Below are positions 36,936 through 46,193 of a DNA stretch of 64,000 bases, one piece after another. Where the stretch lies: positions 23,586 to 87,585 of the forward strand of contig JBDRBT010000006.1 of assembly GCA_043822385.1 (NCBI GenBank). Direction: 5' to 3'. Origin of the DNA: Candidatus Micrarchaeota archaeon (GTDB lineage: Archaea > Micrarchaeota > Micrarchaeia > Norongarragalinales > Norongarragalinaceae). The notes below the pieces were generated by a model, which was not told the origin of the DNA, searched no databases, and saw nothing but the letters and a program-made list of their open reading frames with translations. The number at the start of each line of letters is the position of its first letter. Positions within the stretch are counted from its first letter, which is position 1. Both the position numbers and the translations under genes were made by a program.

Positions 36936-38084
36936 ATGCAAGCAAGCAAACTGTTGGCTTGGAGCTTGAAGAAAAACGGTATCCGAGACGTTTTCTTTTA
37001 CCCTGGGGCTTGCCTCCTGCCTATTGCATATTCGCTTGAAGACTGCGGAATAAGAAAAATAACGATGCGTAGTGATGCTTCCATTCCGCATGCGTGCAAC
37101 GGTTTTTTCCAAGCAAGCGGTAAAGTAGCTGTTGGTTTCGCTGGCGCGGGCCCTGCTTTTACTAATCTGCTTACGGGATTAGCTGCAGCAAAGGCAGATG
37201 GAATTCCAATGGTAATCTTTGTGGCTAATATGGAGAAAGCGGTTATTGGCGCGGGAGGTTTTCAGGACTTCGAAATGTGCAAGGCGGCGGTGCCTTTCGT
37301 GAAAAAAGCTTTTTTTGCGCGAGACGGATCGTCGTTTGCGTGTACTGTGCAGGCTGCGTTTGCAGCATGCACTAGCGGAAGGCCGGGACCGGTTTTAGTT
37401 GAAGTTCCGAGAGATGTTTGGGTAGAGGAAGTTGATGTTTTTGATTTGAAGTTTGAGCAAATGTTTTTTTCAGAAAAAATTCTTTCGCTTTCGCAATTGG
37501 AAAATTCTAGTGTTTCAAACGCATTGAGTTTGTGCACGGCTTTTTTTGATTGCGTGGTTACTGGAAATGGTTTGCACAAATACGTTGCAATGCAATCGTT
37601 TTGTGGTAAAAAGCTTATTTCAAGCGATTCTTTCGGTTGCATGGGGTTTTCGCTTCCTGCTGCGATAGGTGCGTGTATTGCGTTGAAGGAACAAGTGTTT
37701 CTCTTTGTTGGAGATGGTGATTTTAATATGTGTTCGAACGAGTTGGGCACTATTTTGCAATATGGCTTGCCGTTGAAAATAGTAGTATTCAATAATTCGT
37801 CTTTCGGAAGCATAAACCAGCTTAGGCGCGAGAACTGCAGACCTGTTGAAAAATTTGCAAACCCAGATTTTGAGCTTATTGCTAGAGCTTATGGATTGGA
37901 TTACCTAGACGCTGAGGAGAGCACGTTGCCTCAATGCATCAAACGTGCATGTTCTTCCCTCACGCCTTGTCTAATTGATTTTCGTTGTGAACTCAGCGTT
38001 CTTGAAGGAATTCCGTTGCTGCGAAAGTGGTTGAATGAAAACCGAATTAAACCACTTGCAACAATTAGCATTGCAGTAGGCTAA
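36936..38084 (+). CDS. thiamine-pyrophosphate-dependent enzyme lacking the central domain (sulfopyruvate/phosphonopyruvate-decarboxylase-like)
   Basis: A TPP_N pyrimidine-binding domain (FYPGACLLPIAYSL...GFAGAGPAFTNLLTGLAAAKADGIPMV) is joined directly to the TPP_C domain with the GDG...N motif (LFVGDGDFNMCSNELGTILQYGLPLKIVVFNNSSFG). About 380 aa total, similar to fused ComDE/Ppd-type decarboxylases. Confidence 0.65.
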   Translation: MQASKLLAWSLKKNGIRDVFFYPGACLLPIAYSLEDCGIRKITMRSDASIPHACNGFFQASGKVAVGFAGAGPAFTNLLTGLAAAKADGIPMVIFVANMEKAVIGAGGFQDFEMCKAAVPFVKKAFFARDGSSFACTVQAAFAACTSGRPGPVLVEVPRDVWVEEVDVFDLKFEQMFFSEKILSLSQLENSSVSNALSLCTAFFDCVVTGNGLHKYVAMQSFCGKKLISSDSFGCMGFSLPAAIGACIALKEQVFLFVGDGDFNMCSNELGTILQYGLPLKIVVFNNSSFGSINQLRRENCRPVEKFANPDFELIARAYGLDYLDAEESTLPQCIKRACSSLTPCLIDFRCELSVLEGIPLLRKWLNENRIKPLATISIAVG

Positions 38085-38132
38085 GAAGTGGGAGGCTTCT
38101 TTTTATTATTAGGAAAGTAGTAAGTGATTAGT

Positions 38133-39389
38133 ATGGATTTGACGCCGGTTAGGGGTTCTAGGGATTTTCTCGCGGGAGAAAAATTGTTGCGTGACGCTAC
38201 TGTAAGCAAGCTCAAGCGCGTATTCGAGTTGTACGGCTTCAACCCATTGGAAACACCTGCCTTGGAGTACTTGGAGGTATTGTCTTCAAAGTATGCTGGG
38301 GGAGAAGAAATAATCAAAGAAATTTATTCCCTGGAAGACCAAGGGAAAAGAAAATTGGGTTTGCGTTATGATTTGACTGTTCCGTTGTGTAGAGTGGTTG
38401 CTGGAAACAAGTTCGCTATGCCGTTCAAGCGTTACGCGATTGATTTGGTTTGGCGTGACGGCCCGATTAAGGCAGGTCGTTACAGGGAATTCGTGCAGTG
38501 CGATGTTGACGTGCTTGGTGTGGAGAGTGTTTGGGCTGAAGCTGAATTAATTTCCTTGCTTTACTCTGCGTTCAACGAGTTGGGTTTAAGGGTTGTAGTG
38601 AAAGTGAACTCGCGAAAACTGTTGAATTCTTTATTATCAAAAGCAGGAGTTAAGGAAGAAAAGTTTAATGAATTTATTTTGAGTTTAGACAAGCTGGAAA
38701 AAATTGGTGTTGACGGAGTCAAAAAGGAATTGAAAGAAAAAGGTTTTTCAGTAAAAATAATTAATTCTGCTTTGAGTTTATTGAAGGAAAAAGATTTAGT
38801 TGCATTCAAGAGTTTTGACGGAGCTAAAGACTTGCAAGAATTGTTTGATTACTCTCGAGTTTTTAGTTTGCCTGAAGGTGTTTTAGATTTTACTCCTTCT
38901 TTAGCAAGGGGTTTGAGTTATTACACTGGAATTGTTTTCGAGGCGTTCTTAGTGGATTCTGTAGTGAAGAGTAGTGTTGCTGCAGGCGGGCGTTATGATG
39001 ATTTAGTAGGTGCTTTTTCAGGCAAGGAAAAAATTCCTGCTGTTGGTTTTAGTTTTGGTTTAGACGTGATTTGCGAGGAATTAAAACAAAAGGCGCTTGA
39101 CAAAACTGTTGTTAGTGTTTTAGTTATTCCGTTCAAGAACACTGAGTTGGGAGTGCGTTTAGTGCAGACGTTGCGTGCTGCTGGAGTGAATAGTGTGGTT
39201 GACTTGGTTGGAAAGAATGTTTCAAAGAATTTGGATTACGCTAGCAAGGAAGGAATTCGTTTCGTTGCTTTTTATGGCGAGAAAGAGTTAGCTGAAGGCA
39301 AGGTAAAGCTTAGGGACATGAATTCTGGTGTTGAAGAGTTGTTTACTGAAGAAGGGGTTGTTGAAGCAATTAAAAAAGGCTTAAATTAG
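38133..39389 (+). CDS. hisS: histidyl-tRNA synthetase
   Basis: Class II motifs: PVRGSRDFLAGE, LRYDLTVPLCRVVAGN (motif 2 region), RYREFVQCDVDV, GGRYD. ATG at 38133 after a GTG-initiated extension. Confidence 0.9.
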   Translation: MDLTPVRGSRDFLAGEKLLRDATVSKLKRVFELYGFNPLETPALEYLEVLSSKYAGGEEIIKEIYSLEDQGKRKLGLRYDLTVPLCRVVAGNKFAMPFKRYAIDLVWRDGPIKAGRYREFVQCDVDVLGVESVWAEAELISLLYSAFNELGLRVVVKVNSRKLLNSLLSKAGVKEEKFNEFILSLDKLEKIGVDGVKKELKEKGFSVKIINSALSLLKEKDLVAFKSFDGAKDLQELFDYSRVFSLPEGVLDFTPSLARGLSYYTGIVFEAFLVDSVVKSSVAAGGRYDDLVGAFSGKEKIPAVGFSFGLDVICEELKQKALDKTVVSVLVIPFKNTELGVRLVQTLRAAGVNSVVDLVGKNVSKNLDYASKEGIRFVAFYGEKELAEGKVKLRDMNSGVEELFTEEGVVEAIKKGLN

Positions 39390-39437
39390 TTTTTCGTCCT
39401 TCTTTTTACAGCCTTATTTTTTAATGGGTTTTTGTTT

Positions 39438-42302
39438 ATGCGTGAGATTCCTGAATTAGAACTAGAAGTATTGAAGAAGTGGGAGAAAGACAATACTTTC
39501 CAAGAGAGCGTTACTGCAAGGAAGAACGAAAAGCAATTCGTGTTTATTGAGGGTCCGCCTACTGCTAACGGCATGCCTCATCCTGGCCACGTTTTAACTA
39601 GAGCGCACAAAGACTTGGTTTTGCGTTTCAAGACAATGCATGGTTTTTACGTGCCTCGCAGGGCTGGTTGGGATACTCACGGCTTGCCTGTTGAATTGGA
39701 AGTAGAAAAGAGTTTGGGTTTGAATGACAAGAAAGGAATCGAGAAGTACGGCGTAAAGAAATTCAACGAGAAGTGCAGGGAAAGCGTGTTCAAGTACGAG
39801 AATGCTTGGCGTGAAATGACGCGTAGAGTTGGTTTCTGGCTTGATTTGGATGATGCTTACGTTACGCTGACGCCTGATTACATTGAGAGTGTTTGGTGGA
39901 GTTTAAAACAAATTTGGGATAAAGAATTGCTTTACGAAGGACATAAGATAGTTCCTTTGTGTCCTCGTTGCGGTACTTCATTATCAAGTCACGAGGTTGG
40001 TTTGGGTTACAAGGATGTTACTGACGAGTCTGTTTACGTTAAATTCAAGTTAGAAGATGAAGACGCGTTCTTGCTTGCTTGGACTACTACTCCGTGGACT
40101 TTGTTTGGAGTAGTTGGCTTGGCTGTAAACAAAGCTTTTGTTTATTCTTTAGTAGAATGCGATGGAGAAAAGTATTACTTGGCGTCTTCTTTGGTTGAAG
40201 GAGTTTTGGGTTCAAAGTGCAAAGTATTAAAGAAAAACATTAAGGGTAGTGAGTTAGTTGGAAGAAAATTCAAACAATTATTCAAGGATATTCTTGTTAA
40301 AGAAAACGCGTTTTTTGTTATTCACGCTGATTACGTGTCTATTGATGACGGCACGGGTATTGTTACTCAAGCTGGTGCTTACGGTGAAGAGGATTACGAT
40401 AACTGCGTCAAGAACAGCTTGCCTATTGTTTCTTACGTGTTAGAGAATGGGTCTTTCGACGACCAAATTCCTTGGTTGAAGGGATTGTTCTTTACTGTTG
40501 CTAACAAGAAGACTTTCAAGAAACTAGAGGAAGAGCAGCTACTCGTGAAGAGCAAGCCGTTTTTGCATTCTTACCCGCATTGTTGGCGGTGCGATACTAA
40601 ATTGATTTACATTGCTCGCAAGAGTTGGTTCATTAAAATGAGTTCTTTACGCGAGAAACTCTTAAAGAATAATGACGAAATTTCTTGGTATCCTGAAACT
40701 ATTAAAACCGGGCGTTTTGGTTCTTTCTTGAGTGAAGTTAAAGACTGGGCTTTGAGTAGGAGTCGTTATTGGGGCACGCCGTTACCAATTTGGATTAGTG
40801 AGGATGGAGAAAAGATTTGCGTTGGTTCTTTCGACGAGTTGCGGGAATTGTCTGGAAAATCGTTAAAGAATTTTGATCCTCACAAGCCGTTTATTGATGA
40901 AATAATTATTAAAAAGAACGGGAAGGAATTCAAGCGGGTTCCTGAAGTTATTGATGCGTGGTATGATTCTGGTTCAGCTCCTTTTGCTCAATGGCATTAC
41001 CCGTTCGAAAACAAAGAAAAATTCAAGAGGAATTTTCCTGCTTCATTCATTGTTGAAGCAGTAGACCAAACTAGGGGCTGGTTTTACACTCTGCATGCTT
41101 TAGGAACCGTGTTGTTTGATTCTCCTGTTTTCGAGTCTTGCGTTGTTTTAGGCCATGTTCTAGATAAGAATGGTTTGAAAATGAGCAAGAGCAAGGGAAA
41201 TATGGTTTCGCCTGATGAAATGTTCGAGAAGTACGGTGCTGACGCGTTGCGTTGGAGCTTGTTTGTTGGAAACCCGCCTTGGGAACCAAGCAAGTTTTCT
41301 GAAGAATCTGTTGCAGAGAGCTTCAATCGCTTTATTTCAACTTACTATAACTCGTTGTATTACTACGATACTTACTCCGCGTCTTATGGTTTCAAGCCTA
41401 GTGGTGAGTTAGTTTTTGAAAACGCGTTGGATTACTGGATTGTTTCCAGGCTTAATTCAATTATTAATTGCGTTGAAAAAGAAATGAGTGTTTACAATGT
41501 TCACAAGGCAACTCGTGCTTTGCAAGACTTTTTGTTGAATGACTTGAGTAACTGGTTTATTCGCAGGAGCCGCGATAGGTTTACTGCAACTAAAAAGAAC
41601 AAAGAGTCAACTCAAGCTTTCGAGACTTTAGCGTATTGCTTGAAGGAACTAGCTTTAGTGACTGCGCCGTTCGTTCCTTTTGTTTCTGAAACGGTTTACT
41701 CTCGTTTCTCTAAGGAGAGCGTTCACTTGCAGGATTACCCTAAAGCAAAAACAAGGTTGATTGATTTAGAGTTAGAGACGGAAATGAGTGACTTGCGTTT
41801 GGTTGTAGAGCAAGGGAGAATGCTTCGTTCAGCTAACTCGTTAAAGCAGAAACAACCTTTAGCTAAAGCTGTTTTAGTTGGGTTGAGTTTCAGTGATTCA
41901 CTCTTGAGTGTTTTAGCTGGAGAATTAAACGTGAAAAAAATAGTTTTGAAAAAGACTGCAGGACTTGAATTAGAACAAGGATTCGTATTCAGCGAGTTGC
42001 GCGAAGGAGCTTTGCTTTACTTAGAAACTATTTTAACTCCTGAATTGCGTGCTGAGGGTTTAGCGAACGAGTTAACTCGCAATATTCAGGAAGCTAGAAA
42101 GAAATCAGGCAAGAAAATAAGTGATTCTGTTGCTATTGTTTTCATTGACGGCTTAAGCAAGGAAAACGAGGAGTTAGTCAAGCCGTTGCTTGAGGATTTA
42201 GCTGTGGAAGTGAGAGCAAAAAAAATTGTTTTCGGTAAAGGCAAGGGTTTTTCTTTAGACGCTAAAGTAAGTGGTACTACCGTGCGCATAACGCTTTGTT
42301 GA
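39438..42302 (+). CDS. ileS: isoleucyl-tRNA synthetase
   Basis: Class I HIGH-type motif PPTANGMPHPGHV, the IleRS-like GWDTHGLPVELEVEK, KMSKSKGN, and a CP1 editing-domain-sized insertion. ATG at 39438. Confidence 0.85.
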   Translation: MREIPELELEVLKKWEKDNTFQESVTARKNEKQFVFIEGPPTANGMPHPGHVLTRAHKDLVLRFKTMHGFYVPRRAGWDTHGLPVELEVEKSLGLNDKKGIEKYGVKKFNEKCRESVFKYENAWREMTRRVGFWLDLDDAYVTLTPDYIESVWWSLKQIWDKELLYEGHKIVPLCPRCGTSLSSHEVGLGYKDVTDESVYVKFKLEDEDAFLLAWTTTPWTLFGVVGLAVNKAFVYSLVECDGEKYYLASSLVEGVLGSKCKVLKKNIKGSELVGRKFKQLFKDILVKENAFFVIHADYVSIDDGTGIVTQAGAYGEEDYDNCVKNSLPIVSYVLENGSFDDQIPWLKGLFFTVANKKTFKKLEEEQLLVKSKPFLHSYPHCWRCDTKLIYIARKSWFIKMSSLREKLLKNNDEISWYPETIKTGRFGSFLSEVKDWALSRSRYWGTPLPIWISEDGEKICVGSFDELRELSGKSLKNFDPHKPFIDEIIIKKNGKEFKRVPEVIDAWYDSGSAPFAQWHYPFENKEKFKRNFPASFIVEAVDQTRGWFYTLHALGTVLFDSPVFESCVVLGHVLDKNGLKMSKSKGNMVSPDEMFEKYGADALRWSLFVGNPPWEPSKFSEESVAESFNRFISTYYNSLYYYDTYSASYGFKPSGELVFENALDYWIVSRLNSIINCVEKEMSVYNVHKATRALQDFLLNDLSNWFIRRSRDRFTATKKNKESTQAFETLAYCLKELALVTAPFVPFVSETVYSRFSKESVHLQDYPKAKTRLIDLELETEMSDLRLVVEQGRMLRSANSLKQKQPLAKAVLVGLSFSDSLLSVLAGELNVKKIVLKKTAGLELEQGFVFSELREGALLYLETILTPELRAEGLANELTRNIQEARKKSGKKISDSVAIVFIDGLSKENEELVKPLLEDLAVEVRAKKIVFGKGKGFSLDAKVSGTTVRITLC

Positions 42303-42354
42303 AGGTTTTAAATATCTCTCTTGAATTGTTTGTATTAAAGGGGGGTGTTGAAAC

Positions 42355-42603
42355 GTGGATAGGGTTGGCGTAGTAGAACACTATTTCGACAAAATTAGCG
42401 TGGCTGTAATTAACTTGTCAGCTCCGCTTCGAACTGGGGACGTGATAATAATCAAGAATGCGGTTGGAGATAAAGTGTTGGAACAAAGCGTTAGCTCGAT
42501 GCAAATAGATATGAAGAGCGTGTCTGAAGCGGGGAAAGGCGATTCAATAGGCTTGAAAATATCTGCGCGAGTGCACGAAGGCAATCTTGTTTTCAAGAAG
42601 TAA
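42355..42603 (+). CDS. hypothetical small beta-barrel protein (EF-Tu domain-2-like?)
   Basis: 82-aa ORF with a GTG start. The GVVEHYFDKISVAVINLSAPLRTGDVIII...GDSIGLKI pattern resembles translation-factor beta-barrel domains. This is a weak call. Confidence 0.4.
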   Translation: MDRVGVVEHYFDKISVAVINLSAPLRTGDVIIIKNAVGDKVLEQSVSSMQIDMKSVSEAGKGDSIGLKISARVHEGNLVFKK

Positions 42604-43561
42604 TTTTTTTTACTGCCTTGATTATTGCGTTCGAGTTCAATCCGTATTTTTGCATTAATTCATTAGGCTGGCCTGATTCTCCAAAGCAGTCTTTCATTCC
42701 AACGAACTCAATTCGCGTGGGAGCTTTCCGCGAGAGCACTTCAGCTACTGCCGAACCCATTCCGCCAGCAACTTGGTGTTCTTCTGCTGTTACTACGCGC
42801 TTGGTTTTTTTAGCGCTCTTGATTATTGTTTCCTCGTCAATTGGTTTTATTGAATGATTGTTTATTACTTCGCAATCAATTCCTTCTTTCTCCAAGGCGT
42901 TAGCTGCTATTAGTGCTTCGTAAACCATTGCTCCGCAAGCAATTACTGTAACGTCCTTTCCGGAACGAAATATTTCTGCCTTACCTATGGCAAAAGGAGT
43001 TTTTTTAGTAGTAACAATCGGCGTTGCTTCCCTACCTAAACGGAAATAACAAGGCCCCTTGTGTTTAACGAAAGCGCGAACTGTTTTTTCTGCTTCAATA
43101 GAATCACAAGGCACTTCAACAATCAAGTTCGGCAAGACGCGCATTGAAGCAATATCCTCCAAGGCTTGGTGAGTAGCTCCGTCAGGTCCAACACTAATTC
43201 CAGCGTGAGCACCGACGATCTTCACGTTTGCTTTAGAATAACATACTGCAACTCGAACGTGGTCCCACGCTCGTCCTGGAGAAAAAACCGCGTAAGAAGC
43301 AATGAACGGTATTTTGCCTTCCATTGCTAGTCCAGCTGCTACTGCAGTCATGTTTTGTTCTGCTACTCCTACTTCAATAAAGCGTTCAGGGTATTTTTCT
43401 GAAAACAAGTTTGTTTTAGTAGAACCAGTCAAGTCAGCGCTTAAAGCAATTATTTCCTTGTTTTTTCCTCCTTCTTCAAGCAAGGCTTTACCGTAACCAG
43501 TGCGAGTAGCTTCCTGCTCAACGTCTTCGTCAAATAATTTAGGGTTTAGTGTCTTGTTCAT
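42593..43561 (-). CDS. tktB: transketolase, C-terminal section (pyrimidine-binding + C-terminal domain)
   Basis: GKALLE...IIALSADLTGS, the PV motif EQNM.AVAAGLA, and a 322-aa split subunit as in many archaea. Confidence 0.9.
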   Translation of the reverse strand: MNKTLNPKLFDEDVEQEATRTGYGKALLEEGGKNKEIIALSADLTGSTKTNLFSEKYPERFIEVGVAEQNMTAVAAGLAMEGKIPFIASYAVFSPGRAWDHVRVAVCYSKANVKIVGAHAGISVGPDGATHQALEDIASMRVLPNLIVEVPCDSIEAEKTVRAFVKHKGPCYFRLGREATPIVTTKKTPFAIGKAEIFRSGKDVTVIACGAMVYEALIAANALEKEGIDCEVINNHSIKPIDEETIIKSAKKTKRVVTAEEHQVAGGMGSAVAEVLSRKAPTRIEFVGMKDCFGESGQPNELMQKYGLNSNAIIKAVKKITS

Positions 43562-44400
43562 TTTATTTTTTCTCTTTCTTTTTCTAGTTCAATTAATGCT
43601 TTTTCTGCTTCCTTGGCGTTTGGGGGTTTTCCGTGCCACTTGAAGTCGTTCTCCATGAAACTAACGCCCTTGCCTGGAATAGTGTTCATTAGTATTGCTG
43701 TTGGTTTTTCTTTCATTGCGTTTGCTTTCTCCATGGCGGTAATAATTTCATAGAAGTCATGACCGTTTGCTTCTAAAACAAACAAGTTGAATGCTTCTAG
43801 TTTTTCTTTCAAGGGTTCCAACGGCATTACTTGTTCAGTGTCGCCTTCGATTTGAATCTTGTTTCTATCAATAATGAACGTTAAGTTGTCGAGCTTGTAT
43901 TTAGCTGCAAGCATGAATGCTTCCCAATCGCAGCCTTCTTGCAACTCGCCGTCACTAAGCAAGGCGTAAACTCTCCATTTGGCGTGGTTCATTTTACCTG
44001 CTAAAGCAACTCCTGTTGCTATGCCGCAGCCTTGTCCTAGTGGCCCGCCAGTGTTTTCTATTCCCGGCAAGCACTTGAAGTGAGGGTGTCCTTGCAAGCG
44101 AGAATTTATTTTGCGGAGTGTGGATAACTCGCTTTTCGGGAAAAAGCCTGCTTCAGCTAATGCAGCGTATAATACGGGACAAATGTGTCCGTTGCTTAAT
44201 AGTATCCTGTCGCGGTTTTCGTTCCACGCGTCTTTAGGGTAAAGTTTAGCTTGATGAAAATATAACGCAGTGAATACGTCCGCCATTCCAAGTGGTCCTG
44301 CAGAGTGCCCAGAGCCTGCTTCGAGAAGCATTTTAATAATGTCTTGCCTGACTGCGTTGGCTTTCAGCTTTAATTCCTTTGTTTTTTTTTCGTCAAGCAT
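43558..44400 (-). CDS. tktA: transketolase, N-terminal section (TPP-binding)
   Basis: GSGHSAGPLGMADV, the TPP-binding GDGELQEG, HGKPP. Overlaps the tktB start by 4 nt. Confidence 0.9.
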   Translation of the reverse strand: MLDEKKTKELKLKANAVRQDIIKMLLEAGSGHSAGPLGMADVFTALYFHQAKLYPKDAWNENRDRILLSNGHICPVLYAALAEAGFFPKSELSTLRKINSRLQGHPHFKCLPGIENTGGPLGQGCGIATGVALAGKMNHAKWRVYALLSDGELQEGCDWEAFMLAAKYKLDNLTFIIDRNKIQIEGDTEQVMPLEPLKEKLEAFNLFVLEANGHDFYEIITAMEKANAMKEKPTAILMNTIPGKGVSFMENDFKWHGKPPNAKEAEKALIELEKEREKIK

Positions 44401-44450
44401 TTTTTTATTACTCTGCCATTAAATAAATGGCTTTTTACTTGATGAATTTT

Positions 44451-45065
44451 TCACTTGATGAACGATAGTTTTACCGTGTTTCTTATTGGTTGTTGAAACA
44501 ACCAGCTTCCTATTACTAAAGAGTCGGCTCCTGCTTTCACGCATTTTGCAGCGTTTTCTTCGTTTATTCCGCCGTCAACGCAAATTTCTTTATTAAAGGT
44601 TCTTTTAATGCAACGAATTTTTGATAAAACGCTGTCAGAAAAGTTTTGACCGCTTTTACCCGGTTTAACGCTCATTACTAGCACGAAGTCAACTAGTTCA
44701 AGTAAGTCTTGAAAGTCTTTGTTTTTAGTTTCAAGGTTTATTGCAAGTCCTACTAGGCGCCTAGTTTTCCTGATTTCAGTAATTACTTTACGCGGGTCTT
44801 GTTTGCACTCGAAGTGAAAACAAAAAGACCTGGCTTGGCTAGAGTAATCTGCAATAAAATCTGTTGGTTTTTCAACCATTAAGTGAAAATCTTTCTTGAA
44901 TGTTTTCCATTCTTCTAGTTTTTTTGGCTCGAATTTTTGCAGCGTGTTTGTTTCAACGAATTTACCATCCATTAAATCTATTTGGACTCTTTTTACTAGT
45001 CCTTTCAACGAGTCTGCTTTAGTGTAGTTTTCAAGTGATAAGACTGAGGGAATTACTTCAACCAT
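44451..45065 (-). CDS. rpe: ribulose-phosphate 3-epimerase
   Basis: IPSVLS, IDLMDGKFV, HLMV, LVMSVKPGKSGQNF, VDGGIN, GADSLVIGS are conserved RPE barrel motifs. Confidence 0.85.
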   Translation of the reverse strand: MVEVIPSVLSLENYTKADSLKGLVKRVQIDLMDGKFVETNTLQKFEPKKLEEWKTFKKDFHLMVEKPTDFIADYSSQARSFCFHFECKQDPRKVITEIRKTRRLVGLAINLETKNKDFQDLLELVDFVLVMSVKPGKSGQNFSDSVLSKIRCIKRTFNKEICVDGGINEENAAKCVKAGADSLVIGSWLFQQPIRNTVKLSFIK

Positions 45066-45502
45066 TTTGATTCAAACCTGCTTATTTTTTTTAATCTTTT
45101 TACTCTTCGTTCGCTGGAATCGAACTTCGCGTCAAGCCAAGCATTAATCATTCCAAAAGCGTTTTTTGGCTTTGTTTTGTATGCGTTAAAGCAAAGCACG
45201 TTAGCGTTGTTGTGTATTTTCGCGTTTTTTGCTTCTTGATTAGAATAAACTAATACTGCTCGCACGCCTTTGACTTTGTTAGCTGCAATGCATACTCCAG
45301 CTCCAGTTCCGCAAACTAGAATGCCTAACGCTTTTTTTTCAGTTACTTTGCGTCCTACTGCGAAAGCGTAGTCTGGGTAATCAACTTTTTTTGTTTCTGA
45401 AGAAACACCTAAATCTTGAAAAACAATTTTTTTCTTGGAAAGCCATTCCACAATGCTTTTTTTTAGTTTGAACCCAGCATGATCTGAACCCAAATAAATC
45501 AT
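45053..45502 (-). CDS. rpiB: ribose-5-phosphate isomerase B (RpiB/LacAB family)
   Basis: MIYLGSDHAGFKLK, ILVCGTGAGVCIAANKV, 149 aa. This is the bacterial-type Rpi rather than the usual archaeal RpiA. Confidence 0.85.
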   Translation of the reverse strand: MIYLGSDHAGFKLKKSIVEWLSKKKIVFQDLGVSSETKKVDYPDYAFAVGRKVTEKKALGILVCGTGAGVCIAANKVKGVRAVLVYSNQEAKNAKIHNNANVLCFNAYKTKPKNAFGMINAWLDAKFDSSERRVKRLKKISRFESKWLK

Positions 45503-45534
45503 GAAATGATTACACTGTTCTAAATAATAAGTCT

Positions 45535-46176
45535 TTATTTAAACATTTTTTCGCGCTGTGGTAATCTTGTAAAGCGTTGCCACCAAGGTCGTTCTTGGTA
45601 AAGTCGTGTTTTCCTGATTTGAATCATTTGTTTTTCTGAATTGCGTTTGTTTTCGTATTTCTGTCTTTTTTCGTCAAGCGCTTGCCACAAACTCTTGTTT
45701 TTCTTTCTAGTTATTGTTTCCTCGTTTTTTGCTTCAACGAATTTAGTTGGTTTTCTAAGGTAAGTAAAGTAATCGTATTTTTTTCCTTCGTGTTCCAAAG
45801 CGCTTCTTACTTTTATTTTAGGTTCGAAAGCGTGAATGAATGACTGCCAAGCAGTTGGCTTGCCTGTTTTTGTTTCCTTTATTTTGCTTTCAAACGGTTT
45901 TGCTTTCGGGTATTCTTTTGGAGTTGTTTTCAAGTTGGCTTCCATTTTATTTAGTATTGAGCCTAAGTAATCGTTCTTGTATTTCATTCTGAAATGCGTG
46001 TTAGTGCCTTCCTTGAAGTTTGACAGTTTGTTTTTCAAAGAATTGTGTTCGTTTCTCAAGTGGTTTAGTTCTTCTTGCGTTAACCTGCGTTTGTTTGCTA
46101 GTAAAGAATTAGTTTTGTTTACTAACTCGTCGTGTAGTTTAGTGAATTTTCTTTCCTTTCGACTAACTAACGGCAT
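45535..46176 (-). CDS. hypothetical basic protein
   Basis: 213-aa Lys/Arg/Glu-rich ORF with no motif recognised. Confidence 0.45.
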   Translation of the reverse strand: MPLVSRKERKFTKLHDELVNKTNSLLANKRRLTQEELNHLRNEHNSLKNKLSNFKEGTNTHFRMKYKNDYLGSILNKMEANLKTTPKEYPKAKPFESKIKETKTGKPTAWQSFIHAFEPKIKVRSALEHEGKKYDYFTYLRKPTKFVEAKNEETITRKKNKSLWQALDEKRQKYENKRNSEKQMIQIRKTRLYQERPWWQRFTRLPQREKMFK

Positions 46177-46193
46177 AATTTAATTTGTTTTCT

